Program-made: the position numbers and the translations under genes
NCBI RefSeq assembly: GCF_000172995.2
Contig: NC_014732.1
Coordinates: forward strand, 90,001-122,000
DNA length: 32,000 nt
Direction of reading: 5' to 3'
From: Halogeometricum borinquense DSM 11551
GTDB lineage: Archaea; Halobacteriota; Halobacteria; Halobacteriales; Haloferacaceae
Notes under the pieces: model-generated
Databases searched by the model: none
What the model was told of the DNA's origin: nothing
The model's input: only the letters and a program-made list of their open reading frames with translations
Part shown: positions 17,439-24,539 of the stretch, piece after piece
Layout: each line of letters opens with the position of its first letter
Numbering within the stretch: the stretch's first letter is position 1

Positions 17439-18620
17439 ATGAAAATCACAGATATCGAAGCGTTCGCGGTCAACATTCCGCTCGTTCCGTTTGAAGACGG
17501 TGGCATCGCGCCGTACGTAACCAACCATAACTCGTTGACGGACATGGACCGAGTTCTCGTCCGCGTCGATACCGACGAGGGAATCTCCGGGTGGGGGGAG
17601 GTCCGCGTGTTCCTCACACCTGCGGCGACCGTCTCTATCATCGAAGACGGTATCCGACCGCTTGTCGTCGGTCAGTCGCCGTTCGAGTTGGAGGCGCTCC
17701 GGCGACAGGTGTTCGTTGAGTACGCCAACGCCGACATGTTCTTTGCGCCGGTCGAAGTCGCATGCTGGGATATCGTCGGACAATCGCTCGACAAACCGGT
17801 GTACGAACTGCTGGGCGGTTGGACAGCACCCAGCCAGACGAATACGAGACACCGCGAGCATCAGGGCGATTACAGTAACGAGGACGACTACGGTAACGAC
17901 CACGAGATCGAAGTCGCGTACTGTCTTGGCATTCTCTCCCCCGAACAGTCCAGACAGCGTGCCGCTGAGGTCCTTAATGAGGGCTATTCCGTGTTGAAAA
18001 CGAAAGCTGGCCGCGACTGGACGGAAGACGTTGCTCGCATCGAGGCCATGCACGACGAGGTTGACGGCGAACTGTCGTTCCGTCTCGACCCGAATCAGGG
18101 ATGGACTATCGATCAAGCGATTCGCGTCGGTTCGAAACTGGCCGATGCCGGCATCTACCTTCAGTACATGGAACAGCCGATTCGGGTCGATGCACACGAT
18201 TCTCTGGCCGGTCTGAAACGGCAAACTCGGCAGCCAATCGGACCGAACGAGGATACGTATATTCCGCACAATCTGCGGCGACTCGTCGCTGCTGGTGCCA
18301 TTGACGTTGCCGTGTTGGATCTGACGCCCGCCGGCGGTATTACCGGTCTCCGACAGGAGGCCGCCATCGCAGCGGATGCGGGTATCCCGGCCGTCCATCA
18401 CTGCGCATTCGACCTCGGGATCAGAACGGCGGCAATCTTGCACGCCGTCCACGGGATTCCGGGTTTTTCGCTCCCGCCCGATTCGGTCTACTACGGGTGG
18501 GAGGACGACGTGATTGCAGATCCGTTCGACGTCGCCGATGGAACGCTCCGTGTCCCGCAGGATTCCGGTCTGGGCATCGAAATCGACCGCGACCGAATCG
18601 AGGAGTACCGAATCGCATGA
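17439..18620 (+). CDS. enolase-superfamily enzyme (mandelate racemase / muconate lactonizing enzyme family)
   Basis: 393 aa. Motifs: MKITDIEAFAVNIPL…VLVRVDTDEGISGWGE, VLKTKAG (KxK), RLDPNQGW, YMEQP, GPNED. An atypical charged, His-rich insertion follows LLGG (nt ~17821-17905). Confidence 0.9.
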   Translation: MKITDIEAFAVNIPLVPFEDGGIAPYVTNHNSLTDMDRVLVRVDTDEGISGWGEVRVFLTPAATVSIIEDGIRPLVVGQSPFELEALRRQVFVEYANADMFFAPVEVACWDIVGQSLDKPVYELLGGWTAPSQTNTRHREHQGDYSNEDDYGNDHEIEVAYCLGILSPEQSRQRAAEVLNEGYSVLKTKAGRDWTEDVARIEAMHDEVDGELSFRLDPNQGWTIDQAIRVGSKLADAGIYLQYMEQPIRVDAHDSLAGLKRQTRQPIGPNEDTYIPHNLRRLVAAGAIDVAVLDLTPAGGITGLRQEAAIAADAGIPAVHHCAFDLGIRTAAILHAVHGIPGFSLPPDSVYYGWEDDVIADPFDVADGTLRVPQDSGLGIEIDRDRIEEYRIA

Positions 18621-19426
18621 CTCGCTCGCCTTCGACGCTGGACGCTGAAGTCTCGTTCGGCGCGCAGTCTGCACGTACTATCGCGGCAGTCGGCGGAACC
18701 GACGGGTCAGTCCTCGTCGTCCCGGTCGGGAGCATCGAACAGCACGGAGCGCACCTACCGGTTGCAACCGACACGCTGCTCGCAGAGCGTGTGGCAACGG
18801 CAAGTGCCAAGCGCATCGTCGCTGACGTTCCGATTCTGGTCGCACCGTCGGTGAGACCGGGCTATTCGCCGCATCATCTCCCGGTCGGTGGGACGCTCTC
18901 GGCTGGCTTCGAGACGCTTCTGGACTTGCTCCGAGATATGGCCGAGACCGGTCTCGACAACGGGTTCGACGCGCTGGTTTTCGTGAACGGCCATGGTGGT
19001 AATACGTCCCTTATCGACGCCGCCGTCTCCGAAATCGGACGCGAACATCCCGATCGAGAGATTCTCGGTCTCACGTACTTCGAACTCGTTGCAGACCTCG
19101 CGGCGACGGTGCGCGAGAGCGACCTCGGTGGTATGGCGCATGGCGGCGAGTTCGAAACGTCGATGATGTTGCATCTCTTTCCGGAACTGGTCGATACGGA
19201 CGAGATGCCCGCTGAATACTGGGACGAACACTACGAACAGGGCGGCGCCGATCTCGTTGTCGGCGGTCCGCTGTCCGTCTATCGGTCGTTCGACGAGTAC
19301 TCCGAAAGCGGTGCAATCGGCGATCCGAGCGTCGCAGACGAAAACACCGGACGACAACTCTTCGACGGCGCAGTGACTGCGCTCTCCGATCTACTGACAG
19401 ACGTTCACGAAAAGAACAGCGAGTGA
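18617..19426 (+). CDS. creatininase-family amidohydrolase
   Basis: 269 aa. The ATG at 18617 overlaps the upstream stop (ATGA). Hallmark motifs: VLVVPVGSIEQHGAHLPVATDTLLAE…GYSPHH…FVNGHGGN…GGMAHGGEFETS. Confidence 0.9.
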   Translation: MTRSPSTLDAEVSFGAQSARTIAAVGGTDGSVLVVPVGSIEQHGAHLPVATDTLLAERVATASAKRIVADVPILVAPSVRPGYSPHHLPVGGTLSAGFETLLDLLRDMAETGLDNGFDALVFVNGHGGNTSLIDAAVSEIGREHPDREILGLTYFELVADLAATVRESDLGGMAHGGEFETSMMLHLFPELVDTDEMPAEYWDEHYEQGGADLVVGGPLSVYRSFDEYSESGAIGDPSVADENTGRQLFDGAVTALSDLLTDVHEKNSE

Positions 19427-19502
19427 GATACGAGGCGGCCGACGCGAGCGACAGTTCCCGCAATCGTCTCTCGGTATTGCCATCTTCTCTTCAGCCTTCC
19501 AA

Positions 19503-19513
19503 CTATTTTATTG
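19503..19513 (+). promoter_or_regulatory. TATA-like box for the PRC-barrel gene
   Basis: The sequence ctattttattg is centred about 32 nt upstream of ATG 19540. Confidence 0.35.
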
Positions 19514-19539
19514 TCTTTCGGTCTACACATTCTGTCGAG

Positions 19540-19908
19540 ATGGTCCCCGAATCTCACCCCACCGCGACGGTGCCCCGTGGCGAACCGGCTCCCGACCTCT
19601 CCGGTGAAGCAGTGTACACGCACGACGGCTATCGACTCGGACAGGCCGTCGGCGTCACCGTAGATCTCGACCAGGGGAAGGCCACCGGATTACTTGTCGC
19701 GGATATCGACGAGAACAGATTTCCGAACCTTCCGACCGGTAATAAGGGCGTTAGCATCCCGTACCCTCGAATCGACGGTATCGGCGACGTAATCGTCGTT
19801 GACGTTCTCGGCTCGGAGTTGGGGGCGTCGCCATCTGACGAATTCGATTCCGAGGAACTATCCGAGGCGTTGTCGGAGGACGCCGCGGAGAAGCCACAGG
19901 CTCGCTGA
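19540..19908 (+). CDS. PRC-barrel domain protein
   Basis: 122 aa from ATG 19540. The sequence LSGEAVYTHDGYRLGQAVGVTVDLDQGKATGLLVADI…GVSIPYPRIDGIGDVIVVD fits the PRC-barrel pattern. The C-terminal tail is acidic. Confidence 0.75.
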   Translation: MVPESHPTATVPRGEPAPDLSGEAVYTHDGYRLGQAVGVTVDLDQGKATGLLVADIDENRFPNLPTGNKGVSIPYPRIDGIGDVIVVDVLGSELGASPSDEFDSEELSEALSEDAAEKPQAR

Positions 19909-19937
19909 CGGTTTATATCAGTCAGCCTGTCGAAGCT

Positions 19938-20399
19938 TCACTGGCGTCTGCTGCGAACGTACGACACCTCGTCAGCCGCCGCCAACGCCGGCAAATCCTC
20001 GACGGCGGCGCGACCCTCCACGAGCGACTCGTGGCGGTTTTTCACGTCTACTGTGGGCGAGGATGGGAGGTTGCCCTCCGATCCGAGTTCGACCACGATG
20101 CGGACGTGTCCCTCATCGTACGCTACCCCGGCACTATCGGCGTACGCTGATCGGCTGTCGGCCTCAACCAGTCCAACGAGTCCGTTGCCGAGATGTTCAC
20201 GTGCGGTGTCGGTCACCGTGGTTGGACTGCTCTCGGTCGGCGCTGTCGCTGTCTGTGTTTCGCTCCCACCAGTTTCCCCCATTTTCCCCGACGAACCGGT
20301 TTCGTTACCCGGGCGTCCCCCAAGACACCCCGCGAGGCCCACTGCACGGACCGAAACGACACCGGCGACGAATCGACGTCGGGTCGAATCGTCGAACAC
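19938..20399 (-). CDS. Tat-exported lipoprotein, function unknown
   Basis: I chose the GTG at 20399; the ORF opens at TTG 20414. This gives (M)FDDSTRRRFVAGVVSVRAVGLAGC, i.e. a twin-arginine motif plus a lipobox (LAGC). A S/T/G/E-rich linker and an ~100-aa globular part follow. Confidence 0.65.
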   Translation of the reverse strand: MFDDSTRRRFVAGVVSVRAVGLAGCLGGRPGNETGSSGKMGETGGSETQTATAPTESSPTTVTDTAREHLGNGLVGLVEADSRSAYADSAGVAYDEGHVRIVVELGSEGNLPSSPTVDVKNRHESLVEGRAAVEDLPALAAADEVSYVRSRRQ

Positions 20400-20420
20400 G
20401 GCTGCCTCTTCCAAATACGC

Positions 20421-20430
20421 ATAAATATAT
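20421..20430 (-). promoter_or_regulatory. TATA box for the lipoprotein gene
   Basis: The plus strand reads ataaatatat (ATATATTTAT on the coding strand). It is centred about 27 nt upstream of GTG 20399, consistent with a leaderless mRNA. Confidence 0.4.
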
Positions 20431-20584
20431 CTTCTGGGGAGAATATCAATACTGATATACTGTCTGTCGCGTGAACTGGTTGCTGTGACTGCGACCGTTA
20501 GTGGATGCTAAATCAACCGCATGAGTCCGTACGTTTGCTCGTCGCTGATCGTCCGGTTGGTACTCAATCCACCGCTACCCGCAA

Positions 20585-20630
20585 ACTAACCGACAGACTA
20601 ACCGGCAGACTAACCAGCAAGTAACTAACA
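20585..20630. repeat. tandem 12-mer repeat ACTAACCNRCAR, three copies plus a partial
   Basis: actaaccgacag (20585-20596), actaaccggcag (20597-20608), actaaccagcaa (20609-20620), then gtaactaaca. It is intergenic, between the histidine kinase 3' end and the lipoprotein promoter. Confidence 0.75.
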
Positions 20631-20794
20631 CACTTTGTCACGTTGTTGCATTCGCTCCTCGGACTTTAGTCCCGTTCTCGGTCTGTCAGGAGCGAACATG
20701 GGTTGGTGGACGGCGGTCCCCACCCCGCCGGACCACTCTCGATGCACTTCTCGTGGGTTGAGTGCTGCTACTCGCTGACGCTACAACTCGGCGA

Positions 20795-23503
20795 CTACGC
20801 TGTGCCCTCAGTACGTATCTCGAAGCGCGCTCCGCCGGTTTCGCTCTCCGTAATGTGTACTGTCCATTCGTGAGCGTGAGCGATTGTGCGAACGATACCG
20901 AGTCCGAGTCCGGTACCTTGGGGTTGCGTCGAGACTCCGGGTTCGAACACCTCGTCTCGGTCTGCTTCGGGGATGCCACGTCCATCGTCTTCGACGAAAA
21001 ATCCGTTCGAGAGACGCCCGACGCGGACTGTTATCGTCTCGTCGGGTGAGTTGTGATCGATGCTGTTTCGAAACAGGTTCTCGAACAGTTGTTTCAGCCG
21101 CCCCTCGTGTGCCGCTATGGTTCCGAGGTTGTCCGCAACGACGAGGGTGGCGTTGGTGCCGTTCACCGCTGTTTCCCACGACTCTCGGGCGACGCTACCG
21201 AGAAGGACTGTCTCCCGTTCTTCGACGGGTTGTCCCTGCCGTGCGAGGCTCAGCATGTCTTCGATAATCTGGCGCATCCGCTGATGAGCGTCCTCGATAC
21301 GTTCGAGTCGCTTTTCTATCGTGTCGTACTGGCCTGCCTCGTGATTCGCACGAAGGATTTGCAGTTGTCCGGACGCGAGATTAAGTGGGTTCCGCAAGTC
21401 GTGGCTGACGACGCTCGCAACCTGTTCGAGTTGCTCGTTTTGGTGTTCGAGTTCGCGTTCGTGGTGACGGAGCAGTTGCTCTCGTTCGACGCGTTCGAGC
21501 GCCGCACTCGCGTTCGAGGCCAGAATTCGAGCGAGCGAGACACGGGAGTCGTTCAGCGTTCCGGGTTCTCGTGATCCCGCCATCAGCACTCCGACATCAC
21601 CGATGGGAAGAACGACCTCACTCTGTATCTCCGTATCGGGGTTCATTACCGCAGGGTCCGTGGAGACGTTCTCGAACACCTCACCTTCGCCGCTCTCGAA
21701 CACTCGCCACGCGATGCCGTGCCCTCGTGGGATGACCTCGTCGTCAACAATCTCCTTTGCGGCATCGGACACCGCGTGGGTAAGCAGCGCATCGCGGTCT
21801 TCGTCGTAGAATGAGATGCTGTTCAGCGGATAGTTGAGGATGTTTTCCGCCGCATCACTCACGATTGTTGCGACTTCCTCGTACGTCGTCGCCGTCGTCA
21901 GTTCTCGGCTTGCGCTGTGGAGCGCGCTCAGTCGGGCTTGATACTGCTTGCGCTCGGTTACGTCCGTCGTCAGGGCAACGACTCCTCGCTGTTGCGACTC
22001 GTCACCAATGCCCACCTCACACGCTGATTCATGCTCGTCTCGGAGCGGTGAGAAGGTAACCTCGATGTACTCGATATCTCCTGGGATATCGACTTCGAGT
22101 TCGACTCGCTCGTTATCTGACTCGCCGTCGAGAATCCGGTCGATGGCTGTCTGTACTGCTTCGAGCCCATCCGCATCGATCATCCCCGTCTCGTGTAAGA
22201 CGCTCACGTGTTCTCCGCGGATGTTCTCTTCTGGCTCTCTCATCCGAGTGCCAGCCACGGGACTTACGAACTCGAAGCACCCGTCTGTTCCGATGATGTA
22301 TGCACCTTGTGTGGTGCTTCGGACGACGTTCTCGTAGCGGTGGAGTCGTCGCTCGCGCTCTCGCTGATCGGTCACGTCGCGCGAGTTGACGACGATGCCG
22401 TCGATACTCTCCACTGGGTCTGCACGGGCGATAGATTCTAGCCACACCCACGATCCATCGGCGTGGCGGCTACGAAACCGCGCCGTCTCGACTCTCGACG
22501 AGTCGGAGTTGTACATTTCCGTGAGGAGGTTTTGCATCTCTGCTCTGTCTTCCGGATGGATGAACGTCATCACGCTCTGTCCCTCGACGAGTTCGGGCGA
22601 CACGCCCAGTATCCGCTCGCAGGATGGACTCTGATATTTGATGGTGCCGTCTCGGCCGATAATTGTCACGAGGTCGGACGACCGTTCGATAAGAGCCTGA
22701 AACCGCTCTTCGACGCGTTCCTCGTCGCTCATCTCGCGGACAGACCCGAGGACGGCGCGTTCGCCTTCGTACTGAATCCCTTGGACGCTGAACTTACACC
22801 GCTTTGCAGTTCCGTCTTTCGTTACGATTCGTGCCGTGTATCGTGACGGCGTTTCAGGGTCCTCGCGCCTCCGCTTTGCCGCGATGTCGCGGACGCGTTC
22901 TTTGTCGTCCGGGTGAATGAGTTTCCAGATTTCCGTCTCGTTTAGTTCCTCTTCGTCGTACCCCGTCAGTTCGCACGTCCGACGGTTGACGAACTGAAAC
23001 TGCTCGCCCTGATAGATGTAGATGGCGTCGTGACTCCGCTCAACGGCAGTACGGTACAACTGCTCGCTCTCGCGGAGACGACGCTCAGTCCGATAGTGTT
23101 CGACAGCGTTGTTGATACGGTTTGCGAGGAGTTCGTACTGCTCGACTCGTGTTCGCTTTTGGATATAGTCGGTGACACCCGCGGAGATGGCTTCGCTTGC
23201 CACTTCCTCGCTCCCACGACTCGTAAAGAGAATAAATGGAAGTCGTTCGTCTACGTCTCTGACGCGTCTGAGAAGATCGATTCCGGTGGTTTCACCCATC
23301 TCGTAGTCGCTTACGACACACTCGATTTGCGCCGTCTCTCCGTCGGACACCGCGCCGTCAGCATCTCCCAGATGGGTAACTACAGAATCGGTGTCGGTCT
23401 CGACGCAGACCTCGAACCCGCCCTGTCGTTCGAGGTGTGTCGCCACGAGTTCGGCAAACGCCGGGTCGTCATCGACGTGCAGCACACGAACCGGCTCGGT
23501 CAT
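20795..23503 (-). CDS. multidomain sensor: receiver (REC) + 3 or more PAS + GAF + HisKA/HATPase histidine kinase
   Basis: 902 aa.
- REC: VRVLHVDDDPAFAELV…CVVSDYEMGETTGIDLL…FILFTS.
- PAS segments: YRTAVERSHDAIYIYQG…; FQALIERSSDLVTIIGRDGTIKYQSPS…; YENVVRSTTQGAYIIGTDG….
- GAF-like: LSALHSASRELTTATTYEEV….
- H-box: VASVVSHDLRNPLN.
- N/G boxes: LFRNSIDHN, VEDDGRGIP, GTGLGLGIV. Confidence 0.95.
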   Translation of the reverse strand: MTEPVRVLHVDDDPAFAELVATHLERQGGFEVCVETDTDSVVTHLGDADGAVSDGETAQIECVVSDYEMGETTGIDLLRRVRDVDERLPFILFTSRGSEEVASEAISAGVTDYIQKRTRVEQYELLANRINNAVEHYRTERRLRESEQLYRTAVERSHDAIYIYQGEQFQFVNRRTCELTGYDEEELNETEIWKLIHPDDKERVRDIAAKRRREDPETPSRYTARIVTKDGTAKRCKFSVQGIQYEGERAVLGSVREMSDEERVEERFQALIERSSDLVTIIGRDGTIKYQSPSCERILGVSPELVEGQSVMTFIHPEDRAEMQNLLTEMYNSDSSRVETARFRSRHADGSWVWLESIARADPVESIDGIVVNSRDVTDQRERERRLHRYENVVRSTTQGAYIIGTDGCFEFVSPVAGTRMREPEENIRGEHVSVLHETGMIDADGLEAVQTAIDRILDGESDNERVELEVDIPGDIEYIEVTFSPLRDEHESACEVGIGDESQQRGVVALTTDVTERKQYQARLSALHSASRELTTATTYEEVATIVSDAAENILNYPLNSISFYDEDRDALLTHAVSDAAKEIVDDEVIPRGHGIAWRVFESGEGEVFENVSTDPAVMNPDTEIQSEVVLPIGDVGVLMAGSREPGTLNDSRVSLARILASNASAALERVEREQLLRHHERELEHQNEQLEQVASVVSHDLRNPLNLASGQLQILRANHEAGQYDTIEKRLERIEDAHQRMRQIIEDMLSLARQGQPVEERETVLLGSVARESWETAVNGTNATLVVADNLGTIAAHEGRLKQLFENLFRNSIDHNSPDETITVRVGRLSNGFFVEDDGRGIPEADRDEVFEPGVSTQPQGTGLGLGIVRTIAHAHEWTVHITESETGGARFEIRTEGTA

Positions 23504-23549
23504 TGGAACCGATTGACGACTGCCCTACTTATTAGTTCGTGCTATCGAC

Positions 23550-24293
23550 TCACAGGTTTGCGCGAATCTCTTCACGCAGTCGGTCCCGAACCGACGCGAC
23601 GCTCGGGTTGTCGTCGGTCAGGCTGAACTTCGTGTGTCGCTCGTCAACGTCGAGAGCTTCCGAGAAGATACCGCCGCGGCGGTCTACCTCCACGAACACG
23701 TCCAGCGATGACGCCGAGGGGACGAAGACGAGTTCGATTTCGTCTACATCGCCGCGGAACTCCCCACTGGAGGGACGGAACTCGAACTCCTGGACGAAGC
23801 GACGCCCGCCCACGTATCGACCGTACGGGTCGGCCTCGCATTCGGTGGTCCGGAGTGAGAAGCCGAGTTCTTCTGCGGCGTCGAAGACGGCCTGCATCCG
23901 CGGTGTGGGTTGCACGTCGAGATAGTCCACGTCCTCGGGATCGACGGCCATGTCGATCTCTAACTCCGTTTCCACCCACACTTCGGTGGATCCGAGAGTC
24001 AGCGGCGTTTCCCACGGGATCGTGATCTCGGCGTCGTACGTCGTCTCTTCGCCGGGTTCGATATCGAACGATTCACTGAGACGCATTCGCCCGACGGTCG
24101 TGTCCCTGTACCCCTCTTCGGTTCGGTACCGCGTCTCGACTTCGAGGTCGATTGCACTGATCGACTGTTCGGCGTCGCCGCCGCTGACCCGCACTTCGGC
24201 ATCGACCGTCTCACCGGGCGAGACGGTGGTGGAGGGCAGAACGGTATCGACGCTGGCGTTACCGATTCCGACGCTTGCGAGGATTTTCTTCAT
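23550..24293 (-). CDS. SpoOM (Spo0M)-family protein
   Basis: 247 aa from ATG 24293. The N-terminus MKKILASVGIGNASVDTVLPSTTVSPGETVDAEVRVSGGDAEQSISAIDLEVETRY is the classical SpoOM opening. Confidence 0.9.
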   Translation of the reverse strand: MKKILASVGIGNASVDTVLPSTTVSPGETVDAEVRVSGGDAEQSISAIDLEVETRYRTEEGYRDTTVGRMRLSESFDIEPGEETTYDAEITIPWETPLTLGSTEVWVETELEIDMAVDPEDVDYLDVQPTPRMQAVFDAAEELGFSLRTTECEADPYGRYVGGRRFVQEFEFRPSSGEFRGDVDEIELVFVPSASSLDVFVEVDRRGGIFSEALDVDERHTKFSLTDDNPSVASVRDRLREEIRANL

Positions 24294-24445
24294 ACGTCGG
24301 TCTCCTCGTCTCGTTCTGGGGATGTATGCTTTCCCCCACGGGACGATTTTCAACCACCGGACGAGTGAGTGCTCTCTATCACCAACCTCAACACCAACAC
24401 CAGTCTGTCCGCTGTTCTTGTGCTGACGTCGCGCCCTGTCTGCAC

Positions 24446-24487
24446 ATCAGAAAAATTGGAAAATTTTCAAAAATTTCAAAATTCGCC
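24446..24487. promoter_or_regulatory. AT-rich element with a 10-bp palindrome upstream of the Spo0M-like gene
   Basis: The sequence is cagaaaaattGGAAAATTTTCaaaaatttcaaaattcgc. GAAAATTTTC is a perfect palindrome. TCAAAATTCGC resembles TCTAAAATTCGC at 1925-1936 in the parA-upstream array. Confidence 0.35.
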
Positions 24488-24526
24488 CGTTTCAGGTTTC
24501 CAAACCCCCCTCTAGCAATTCCGTCG

Positions 24527-24536
24527 AAAAAGAAAA
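24527..24536 (-). terminator. T-run terminator after the TSP3/wHTH gene
   Basis: The coding strand reads TAG-CTG-TTTTCTTTTT immediately after the stop. This is an archaeal oligo-T termination signal. Confidence 0.4.
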
Positions 24537-24539
24537 CAG

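Noticed and set aside
17385-18674. A 429-aa minus-strand ORF covering the whole enolase-superfamily gene.
   Set aside because: The translation is Arg-rich and motif-free. The plus-strand frame has unmistakable MR/MLE motifs (KxK, DPNQ, MEQP) and an ATGA junction to the next gene.
19799-20455. 218-aa and 123-aa plus-strand ORFs antisense to the lipoprotein gene.
   Set aside because: The translations are Arg/Pro-rich. The minus frame has a coherent Tat signal plus lipobox and a well-placed TATA box.
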